DNA from: Candidatus Kapaibacterium sp. | GTDB taxonomy: Bacteria; Bacteroidota; Ignavibacteria; Kapaibacteriales; UBA4661 | Direction of reading: 5' to 3' | DNA length: 51,313 nucleotides | Assembly (NCBI GenBank): GCA_025363605.1 | Contig: JANYDO010000133.1 | Location: 1-51,313 of the forward strand | Notes under the pieces: model-generated | The model's input: the letters and a program-made list of their open reading frames with translations, nothing else | Database searches by the model: none | Told to the model about the DNA's origin: nothing | Translations under genes and position numbers: made by a program | Shown here: positions 7,918-15,301 of the stretch, piece after piece | Layout of the letters: each line of letters begins with the position of its first letter | How positions within the stretch are numbered: the stretch's first letter is position 1

Positions 7918-9266
7918 AGAAATTACGACTACCTTCGTCACTGACTCAGGCTTTACAACAAGCATTGCCCCAAGCATTGCTGCAACCACGCATAGCAGGT
8001 GGCATCGTGCTTGCGGTGGTACTGGTGGCAACGTTGCAAAAATATCTACTCGGCGCGGAGCAGATGAACAATCTGCTTATTTTTCGCACTTCCGCATGGC
8101 ATCTTTTGTCCAACGTCAATCTATATGCGCTTTCGCCCGCCGACCATGCCGACCTTTTCAAGTACAGCCCCACTTTTGCGCTTTGTATGCTGCCGTTTGC
8201 CGCACTCCCGCTTGTGTGGAGCGCTGTGGCGTGGAATATGCTGAATGGCGCGGTCTTTGTTGTTGGTGTGTATTCTGCCAGTCGCCTTCTGTACCGCACA
8301 AACACTGACGGGCAGCACTCAACTGATTGGCAGCATACAACTGACTGGCAGCGTACATTTGCTGTCATGCTTTGGATTTGCGCTGTTGAACTTTTAACAT
8401 CCGTACAAAATTTCCAAAGTAATGCGCTTATGGCTGGATTAGCACTCTGTACGATTGTCGCAATGGAACGGGGGAAAACCGTACAAGCAGCACTGTATCT
8501 GGCATTGTCGCTGCATATCAAAATTTACGGTGTTGCTCCCATTGCGCTCATGCTCTTCTACCCGCAAAAAACCCGCTTCGCGCTTGCCTTTGTGGGCTTT
8601 GTGGTGCTTCTCACAGCCGCACCCTTGCTGACTGTCACTCCCGAAAATTTGATTTGGCAATACCAAAACTGGCGCGTCTTGCTCCAAAGCGACCATGCGG
8701 CTTCCTACGGGCTTTCAGTAATGAGCGTTCTTTTACCGCTTTTGCCGAATGTACAAGCGGTCTCTGCTGTGCAAGTGCTTTCGCTACTTGTGCAATGTGC
8801 GCCTTTTGCTGCTCTTGCGCTGCGCCCTCGACTGAATACGCTACCTGTGCGCTTGCTGTGCGGCGCTTCGATGCTGCTCTGGATGGTAATTTTTAATCAT
8901 AAAGCCGAATCACCAACATTTATTATTGCCGTTTCGGGCGTGGCGCTGTGGTATGAGATTATGCGAAATATTAGTGTGGAAAGCTCGACAAAGGACACAG
9001 ACAGGAATGTCTGTGCTACTGAGCGGAAATTTATTATCGGAAGAGTACGCCAAACATGGCTTGGGAACGGGCTTCTATGGTTTGTTATCATTGGCACATC
9101 ACTTTCTGTTACCGACCTCTTTTCAGAAAGCCTTCGTAGTGGTATATTTGCAAGCGTTCACCTGAAAGTGCTGCCGTGTATTGCTGTTTGGCTCTACCTT
9201 CAGGTGCAGCTTTGGCAAGGGATTATCACGCCCGATTTTGCAACTGGCACACAATTTGAACGTTAA
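7914..9266 (+). CDS. GT-C-type membrane glycosyltransferase-like protein (DUF2029/GT87-like)
   Basis: Polytopic protein. The first periplasmic loop plus TM2 reads NLYALSPADHADLFKYSPTFALCMLPFAALP, which resembles the DUF2029/GT87 LY...YxYPP...ALL..P..LP pattern. The ATG at 7914 overlaps the ABC stop codon (ATGA), indicating translational coupling. Confidence 0.5.
   Translation: MKKLRLPSSLTQALQQALPQALLQPRIAGGIVLAVVLVATLQKYLLGAEQMNNLLIFRTSAWHLLSNVNLYALSPADHADLFKYSPTFALCMLPFAALPLVWSAVAWNMLNGAVFVVGVYSASRLLYRTNTDGQHSTDWQHTTDWQRTFAVMLWICAVELLTSVQNFQSNALMAGLALCTIVAMERGKTVQAALYLALSLHIKIYGVAPIALMLFYPQKTRFALAFVGFVVLLTAAPLLTVTPENLIWQYQNWRVLLQSDHAASYGLSVMSVLLPLLPNVQAVSAVQVLSLLVQCAPFAALALRPRLNTLPVRLLCGASMLLWMVIFNHKAESPTFIIAVSGVALWYEIMRNISVESSTKDTDRNVCATERKFIIGRVRQTWLGNGLLWFVIIGTSLSVTDLFSESLRSGIFASVHLKVLPCIAVWLYLQVQLWQGIITPDFATGTQFER
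8313..8357. repeat. imperfect 18-bp in-frame tandem repeat (about 2.5 copies)
   Basis: CAGCACTCAACTGATTGG / CAGCATACAACTGACTGG / CAGCGTACA, encoding QHSTDW-QHTTDW-QRT in a loop of the GT-C-like protein. Confidence 0.85.
9245..9260 (+). promoter_or_regulatory. weak sigma-54 (-24/-12)-like motif upstream of the PBP4 gene
   Basis: TGGCACACAATTTGAA compared with the consensus TGGCACG-N4-TTGCW. Spacing is correct and the -24 element is perfect, but the -12 GC is GA. It lies 65-80 nt upstream of the ATG at 9325. Confidence 0.2.
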
Positions 9267-9324
9267 AGCGCAAAGCGTCATTTTGTCTTGTCGGCAGTTC
9301 ACCTGTCTATTTTTTTTGTGAAAT

Positions 9325-11028
9325 ATGAACCGTTCACACCCTTTTAGCTCTATTGCTCTTCTGGGCATCGTTTTTGCTTGCTTTGCACTGCAAACCGCTT
9401 CGGCACAGCGTGTTCCGGGTATGCGTAATAGCCAGTTTCGCTTAAAAAGTGACATTCCCACGCCGCAGCCATTGAACGTGGCAAAAGTACCACTCTCACA
9501 CGAAGACAGCACTTCTGCACTTTCACGCTTGCAGAGCAGCATCAATGCGCTTCTGGCAGAACACGACAAGACTCTCCAAAAAAGTAAAACGCAGTTTGGT
9601 CTGGCGGTCTATTCTTTACAGCAGAATAAAGAGTATTTTTCCCTCAACCCCGCCGTGCCGCTCACTCCGGCATCTACTACAAAACTATTTTCCACCTTTG
9701 CAGCATTGGATAAGTTCGGTGCAGCCTACACGATTGAAACAGTCGTGCTGACGGATGCTTTGGAAGTACGCGATGGCATTTTGGATGGCAATATCTACCT
9801 CGTAGGTCATGGCGACCCGCTTCTGGACATTGCGGACTTGGAGCAACTTTCCAATCAGCTCTACAACGCCGGAGTGCGCCGCATCACGGGCAACGTGTAC
9901 GGCGACGATGGTTTTTTCGACCGCGTGACGAACCGTCGGGATTATAGCGGCGACGACGATTTAGTGCAGCCGACCGCTCCGATTAGCGCTCTGAGTGTCC
10001 AGCGCAATCTCATCACGGTTATCGTCAGCGCGGGCGGAGTCATTGGTAAACCCGTCCACGTACAAACGTTTCCGTCATCTGATGCCTTTGAGTTCGACAT
10101 TCATGCAACAGTCGGCGCTGCGGCGAAACCCGCTAAAAAGCAGAAACGCCGCCGCGCACCCGGCAAAGCCGCGTTTAGCATTAGCGAAGTTTATGGGCAA
10201 AAGGGCGGAAAACAGCGCTTTGCGATAACAGGCACTCTTCCTCCTAATTCTTCGATTTCACGACCTTTCTTTATTGAGCAGCCTGCGTTCGCAGCCGCCG
10301 ATATGTTCAAACGGCGCATTGAAGCAAGCGGCATCACGATTGAAGGTGCTTCGGGACTGAAGCAAGCACCGCCGACAGTCTCAGAACTGGCAGCAGTTCA
10401 TCGCCCGCTTGTGGATGTCATCAATATCATCAGCAAAAAAAGCGATAACTTCTGCGCCGAACACGTGTTCAAAATGATTGGCGGCGGCAAACTGGATGCT
10501 TCCTCGCCGGAACTTGTTGCAAAGGATAATCATACTGTTCATTCCTCGATAGAACAGCTGCAAGGCTCGCTCAGGCAGTACGGCATCGTAAGCGCTTCTA
10601 CGCCAACGGTGCAGGTGTACGATGGTTCGGGGTTGTCGCGGCGGAATAAAATCGCACCAATTACGATGCTCCGCTTGCTGGATAACGTCCAAAATACGCC
10701 CTTTGCCAATGAATTTTTGAACGCCCTCGCTATCGCCGGACTGGACGGCACACTCCAATACCGTATGCGCGGCACGACAGCCGAGTACAACGTTCACGCC
10801 AAAACCGGTACACACAAGAACGTCAGCGCTCTGGCGGGCTATATCCGAACCTTAGATGGTGAGCGCCTCATGTTTTCTTTTATCTTCAACGGCAATGCTG
10901 TGTCGCTTTACAAAGGTCTGGAAAACAAGCTCTGCCAACTCCTTGCTAATTTTTCTTACTATACTCCCAAAGAAACCCCGTCGGGACTTGATTCGACGGA
11001 TGTAGAAGCAGGAAAAGAGATAAATTAG
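9325..11028 (+). CDS. dacB: D-alanyl-D-alanine carboxypeptidase/endopeptidase, PBP4 / peptidase S13 family
   Basis: Signal peptide (...ALQTASAQ), SxxK as ASTTKLFS, DGSGLSRRN, and KTG as HAKTGTH. The 567-aa size is typical of PBP4. Confidence 0.8.
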   Translation: MNRSHPFSSIALLGIVFACFALQTASAQRVPGMRNSQFRLKSDIPTPQPLNVAKVPLSHEDSTSALSRLQSSINALLAEHDKTLQKSKTQFGLAVYSLQQNKEYFSLNPAVPLTPASTTKLFSTFAALDKFGAAYTIETVVLTDALEVRDGILDGNIYLVGHGDPLLDIADLEQLSNQLYNAGVRRITGNVYGDDGFFDRVTNRRDYSGDDDLVQPTAPISALSVQRNLITVIVSAGGVIGKPVHVQTFPSSDAFEFDIHATVGAAAKPAKKQKRRRAPGKAAFSISEVYGQKGGKQRFAITGTLPPNSSISRPFFIEQPAFAAADMFKRRIEASGITIEGASGLKQAPPTVSELAAVHRPLVDVINIISKKSDNFCAEHVFKMIGGGKLDASSPELVAKDNHTVHSSIEQLQGSLRQYGIVSASTPTVQVYDGSGLSRRNKIAPITMLRLLDNVQNTPFANEFLNALAIAGLDGTLQYRMRGTTAEYNVHAKTGTHKNVSALAGYIRTLDGERLMFSFIFNGNAVSLYKGLENKLCQLLANFSYYTPKETPSGLDSTDVEAGKEIN

Positions 11029-11176
11029 TACCCGTTGAATGTCAGGAAAATCCTACCGATAAATATGTTGTTTCGTGGTCTCTGCACATCACCATTTTGG
11101 CTATTCAGCATATCTCAACTCCTTGTTTTGCTGTCATTTTTCCTTTACCCTTCAACGATATAGATTCTCAAACGAT

Positions 11177-12130
11177 ATGTTTATGCCCTTCAGCCAAACA
11201 TCACAAACCACTCTTGCTGTAAAAGCCTTGTACCATACATTACGAGGGCTTTGTCTGTGGATTTTTTTGTTTTCTCTGTTTGTACTAAACCTACACAGCC
11301 AAGAAACACACAGCCAAGAAACGCAAGAACTTCCACGATGGATACCACAAGGATTACTTTTTCAGCCATTGCGGGCAAATGTCTTGGAGCCACGCGTAGG
11401 AGGACTGGTAAGCATCGCACCTTCTACTGAGCGTCCCGCACTGCGCCTTGATATTGGTAGTTCCATTGACCTCGTATCGTTTTGCTCAAGCAATACTTCT
11501 TCACTATCTTCCCCTGACGTATTTTTACCTGAAGTTCGCTTGGGGGCTGAGTTTTTCACCTTCACGCGACTTCGTTCGGAAGTTAATTTTCGATTTCCTG
11601 TCGAGACCACAGATTTTTATTTTGGCATCAATGCCAGTGCGAAAGCGCCGATACATGATAAACTCGCTGTTTCTGCACGATTCCGCATAGCGCACATTTC
11701 AGCGCATCTGGTGGATGGCTTTCCTCAATTTCAGCAATCCTTCGTCTATAGCCGCGAATTTGTGGATGCCGTTCTTGCAGCGTCGTGGGCTATGCCCTTT
11801 GGAACAGTGCGAGCTTACGGGGGTGCAACCGTGCCTTTTCATTCCATTCCCGATAATTTCGGTACAGCAATACCTCAGTTTGGTGCAGATGCGACGATTT
11901 TACTTCCGGGCATAGACTTTATCAGTATTTGTGCGGGTTACGACCTAAAAATCAGCACCATTTTGGGTGCGACAAGTCTCGTACAAAGCGCACAGGCAGG
12001 TATAAAATTCGGAGAAAAATTTGGACACGGAGTGTTGCTCTCGGCGTACTGGTATAATGGAAAAAGTCTGCACGGGATGTTCTACAATCAGCATGACAAC
12101 TACGTTGGAATTGGGTTTCAGGTGGAATAG
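11177..12130 (+). CDS. outer-membrane protein, DUF1207-like (uncertain)
   Basis: Hydrophobic leader LWIFLFSLFVLNLHS. LLFQPLRANVLEPRVG and RIAHISAHLVDG resemble motifs I recall from DUF1207 proteins. The ATG at 11177 is preferred over the GTG at 11075. Confidence 0.45.
   Translation: MFMPFSQTSQTTLAVKALYHTLRGLCLWIFLFSLFVLNLHSQETHSQETQELPRWIPQGLLFQPLRANVLEPRVGGLVSIAPSTERPALRLDIGSSIDLVSFCSSNTSSLSSPDVFLPEVRLGAEFFTFTRLRSEVNFRFPVETTDFYFGINASAKAPIHDKLAVSARFRIAHISAHLVDGFPQFQQSFVYSREFVDAVLAASWAMPFGTVRAYGGATVPFHSIPDNFGTAIPQFGADATILLPGIDFISICAGYDLKISTILGATSLVQSAQAGIKFGEKFGHGVLLSAYWYNGKSLHGMFYNQHDNYVGIGFQVE
11294..11323. repeat. 15-bp in-frame tandem duplication (x2, 14/15 identical)
   Basis: CACAGCCAAGAAACA / CACAGCCAAGAAACG, encoding HSQET-HSQET immediately after the predicted signal peptide. 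Confidence 0.9.
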
Positions 12131-12145
12131 GAAGGCGATTGAGAT

Positions 12146-13267
12146 TTATTCGATTGGTAATTCTACATTGGACAGCGCTAACTGCCCGCACGCGGCATGA
12201 ATATCTTTCCCACTCGAAGAGCGAATCATCACCGTCACATCCAACTCACGCAAACGCGCAATGAATGTTTGAAATTTTTCGGGTGTGGTGGCGCGGAGTG
12301 AGGCAGAAACACCGTCGGGATTGGTAAAATCAATCGGGTGGAAGGGAATTACATTGATTTTCGAGGGAACGCGCCGTGTGATGCGCTGCAAGCGCCGGGC
12401 ATCTTCTTCGCTGTCGTTCAGTCCCTCAAAGAGAATATATTCGTAGGTAACAGGGTTTCCGGTCTTGCGGTAGTAGTATTCAAGCGTGTCGCCGAGTTCG
12501 CGGAGATTATGCTTTTTGTTAATAGGCATAAGTTTCGTGCGCAGTCCGTCAGTCGTGGCATGAAGCGAGAGTGCGAGCTTGATGGGACGTTTTTCATCCG
12601 CCATACGCCGCATCCCCTCTACCATTCCTGCTGTTGAAACCGTGATACGACGCGCTCCCAAAAGTTGTACGTCTTCATGGGTAAAGATTTCGACAGCTTT
12701 CATCACGTTGTCATAATTAAGCATCGGTTCGCCCATGCCCATAAAGACAAGGTTTGTGATGGGTTTGTCGGAATGCTGCTGCGCCTGAAGGAACTGCTCA
12801 ACAATTTCCCCGGCGGTCAGATTGCGTTTCATTTTGAGCGATGCTGTGGCACAAAATTTACAATTAAGTGCACAACCGACTTGTGTGGAAACGCAGAGTG
12901 TAAGCCTTCTCGGCGTACCATCTTCTTGCGCAGATTCACTGGGAATCAGCACGGTTTCAATTTCTCGCCCATCAACGAGACGAAAAAGAAACTTCTTTGT
13001 ACCATCGGCAGATTCCTGCAAGCGTGAGGGCGCAAGGGGATGTATATCGGCAACCTCGCTCAAATGCTTGCGCAGTGCCGCAGGAAGTTCGGTCATATCG
13101 TCAAACGACCGCGTTTGAGGAGCGTACAGTCGCTTGAAAACTTGCCCAGCGCGGTATTTGGGTTCGCCAATGGCAACAAAAAAGTCAGCAAGTTCGCTTG
13201 GAAGCAAGCCCTTTAAGACTTTCTTGGGCTCGCTGACTGAAGGAGGGACTGGTAACATTGTGGTCAT
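12146..13267 (-). CDS. rlmN: 23S rRNA (A2503-C2)/tRNA A37 methyltransferase RlmN (radical SAM)
   Basis: Contains CVSTQVGCALNCKFCAT, GMGEPMLNYDNV and SSGKDIHAACGQL. The ATG at 13267 is preferred over the TTG at 13282. Confidence 0.9.
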   Translation of the reverse strand: MTTMLPVPPSVSEPKKVLKGLLPSELADFFVAIGEPKYRAGQVFKRLYAPQTRSFDDMTELPAALRKHLSEVADIHPLAPSRLQESADGTKKFLFRLVDGREIETVLIPSESAQEDGTPRRLTLCVSTQVGCALNCKFCATASLKMKRNLTAGEIVEQFLQAQQHSDKPITNLVFMGMGEPMLNYDNVMKAVEIFTHEDVQLLGARRITVSTAGMVEGMRRMADEKRPIKLALSLHATTDGLRTKLMPINKKHNLRELGDTLEYYYRKTGNPVTYEYILFEGLNDSEEDARRLQRITRRVPSKINVIPFHPIDFTNPDGVSASLRATTPEKFQTFIARLRELDVTVMIRSSSGKDIHAACGQLALSNVELPIE

Positions 13268-13328
13268 AGTAATCTGGGGCAAAATCTGTCAGGACGGTAC
13301 GCAAACAGTATCAGGTCGCGCAAGCAAA

Positions 13329-14951
13329 TCAGGTAATGCCATACTTTTGAAGTTTACGGTAAAGCGTCGCAGAACTGATACCAAGCAGTTTTGCAGCTTT
13401 TTCGCGGTGTCCACCTGATGCTTGGAGTGCAGCAATAATTTCTTGACGTGCACGTTCATCCTCAGCGCGACGTAAGGAGAACTGCGCATCTGCCTCCGAA
13501 AGAGGCGTTTGTCCGTTTGGTGCTTGCGGAATATCCATTCCACCTGATGGTGGCAAGGGGAAAGGCGCATAGCCGTGTTGGTTGTAACCGTGATGGCTAT
13601 ATGCGTTTGGTAAATACCCTTGAGGAAGATAGGTAGGTTGAGTATTATAGGTATATGGCTGACCATTCGGTGGGAAGCTGGGGGAAGGATAGTTCGTTTG
13701 AAATCCGCCGCCCTGAGGATAATTAGCAGGATAGGGCTGCATACCGTATTGCGGCGGCTGAAGATGACCTTGGAATTGAATATCTTCTAGTTCCGGTGTC
13801 AGTAGATTTGGCGTAAGCATAGTGGAAGAACATAGCACAACAGCACGTTCGATGGAGTTACGAAGCTCACGCACATTTCCTTTCCAGCGTCGTGAAGACA
13901 ATGCCCGAACAAAATCTGGGTTCATTCCTAACACATTTTTTTGATACTTTGCGGCAAACATAGTAAGAAAGTACTGCGCTAAAATTTCGACATCTTCGGG
14001 GCGCTCACGCAGCGACGGCAGAAGGATAGTAAAACCTTCTAAACGATAATAAAGGTCAGCACGAAAGCGTCCCGCCGCTATTTCTTCTTGAGGATTGATA
14101 TTGGTAGCAGCAATGACGCGAAAATCAACATCAATGAGATCAGTCGAGCCGACACGACCAAATTTGCGGGTTTCCAAGACGCGGAGCATTTTTGCTTGAA
14201 GTGCTAAGGGCATTTCGCCGATTTCGTCCAGAAAGAGTGTCCCTTCGTGCGCCTCTTCAATCAGTCCTCGTTTGTCGCGCACAGCACCGGAGAACGCACC
14301 TTTTGTATAACCGAAGAGTTCCGATTCCAAGAGGTCTGCCGGAATAGCACTGCAATTCAGCGCCACAAATGCTTTTTTTGCACGAGTACTCGAATTATGA
14401 ATAGCACGGGCAAATACTTCTTTCCCTGTGCCGGTCTCTCCTAAAAGCAGGGTCGGAATATCTGTGTGGGCTGCGTGGCGAGCCATCTGAATAGCATCTT
14501 GCAAAGCAGAAGCCACACCAATAATAGCACCAAAGGCATCCTGCGAAACGAGTTGCTTCTGCAGTTCTTTTACGGCCAATTGTAGCTGAGATTTTTCAGT
14601 AGCACGAGTGATAGTCAGAAGAAGCTGCTCTTGGTCGCCGGTCTTGAGAGCATAGTCGAAGGCACCGTTTTTCATTGCCTCTACGCCGTCTTTGACTTCA
14701 GCATGAGCGGTCAAAACGACTACTTCGGTTGCAGGCGAGATTTCTTTGAGATGGCGCACTAACTCAATCCCATTGGTGTCGGGCAGATGCACGTCAGCAA
14801 TAGCCACCGCAAACGAAGACTTTTGGAGCATATCCAAGCCTTCCGCACCGGTTTGAGCAATAGTCACATCATAGCCTTCCAGCTCAAACAAGTCAGCCAG
14901 TAAGCGTGATAAACGCTCATCATCGTCAATCAATAGAATTGTTTTATTCAT
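13329..14951 (-). CDS. sigma-54-dependent response regulator (NtrC-type enhancer-binding protein: REC + AAA+ + Fis-type HTH)
   Basis: REC domain (ILLIDDD..., IADVHLPD). AAA+ domain with Walker A GETGTGKE, Walker B LFLDEIGE, the sigma-54 contact loop GAFSGA (GAFTGA variant), and FRADLYYRL. C-terminal HTH is AAKLLGISSATLYRKLQKYGI. The ATG at 14951 has a GAGGAG Shine-Dalgarno sequence 4 nt upstream. No sensor kinase is adjacent. Confidence 0.9.
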   Translation of the reverse strand: MNKTILLIDDDERLSRLLADLFELEGYDVTIAQTGAEGLDMLQKSSFAVAIADVHLPDTNGIELVRHLKEISPATEVVVLTAHAEVKDGVEAMKNGAFDYALKTGDQEQLLLTITRATEKSQLQLAVKELQKQLVSQDAFGAIIGVASALQDAIQMARHAAHTDIPTLLLGETGTGKEVFARAIHNSSTRAKKAFVALNCSAIPADLLESELFGYTKGAFSGAVRDKRGLIEEAHEGTLFLDEIGEMPLALQAKMLRVLETRKFGRVGSTDLIDVDFRVIAATNINPQEEIAAGRFRADLYYRLEGFTILLPSLRERPEDVEILAQYFLTMFAAKYQKNVLGMNPDFVRALSSRRWKGNVRELRNSIERAVVLCSSTMLTPNLLTPELEDIQFQGHLQPPQYGMQPYPANYPQGGGFQTNYPSPSFPPNGQPYTYNTQPTYLPQGYLPNAYSHHGYNQHGYAPFPLPPSGGMDIPQAPNGQTPLSEADAQFSLRRAEDERARQEIIAALQASGGHREKAAKLLGISSATLYRKLQKYGIT

Positions 14952-15301
14952 AGTCTCCTCGGACTTGCCACTCACATTACCATTGAGATTTCCACATGGA
15001 TTATCACTCGGTTAAAATACACATCCGATTCCATAGGCGTTGTAAGACGTTTCAATGAACAGTTTGTGGGAAACGGTTGGCATCATTGATACGAAACTTA
15101 GTCAGCAAAGTTATGAAAAAAAATGATAAATCGTCAGGTATTCTTCACAGAGAACGTGATTTTTCAGAATACTCTGATAAGTGGTTCTCCATGATTTCAG
15201 TGAGAACTGAATTATTGATGTACATAGACTTTCGGATACGCTTCATTTTTCGTATCTTTCGTACAACAATATCGGTTTTTTGGTTCTGTGTCTAAAATTG
15301 T

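Noticed and set aside
15078-15093. TGGCATCATTGATACG as a sigma-54 promoter for the giant vWA gene
   Set aside because: The -24 element is acceptable, but at the required spacing the -12 position reads AC, not GC. It also lies about 210 nt from the ATG. This is not convincing.
15091-15180. Hammerhead-ribozyme-like fragments (ACGAAAC ... CTGATAAG), and CTGATGA at 183-189
   Set aside because: The core is incomplete (CUGAUAA instead of CUGAUGA) and I could not build the three required helices around it.
15077-15295. 72-aa plus-strand ORF in the EBP/giant-gene intergenic region
   Set aside because: It starts at TTG in an AT-rich region, has odd composition (F/I/R-rich), no Shine-Dalgarno sequence and no motifs. 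It is more likely non-coding regulatory DNA.
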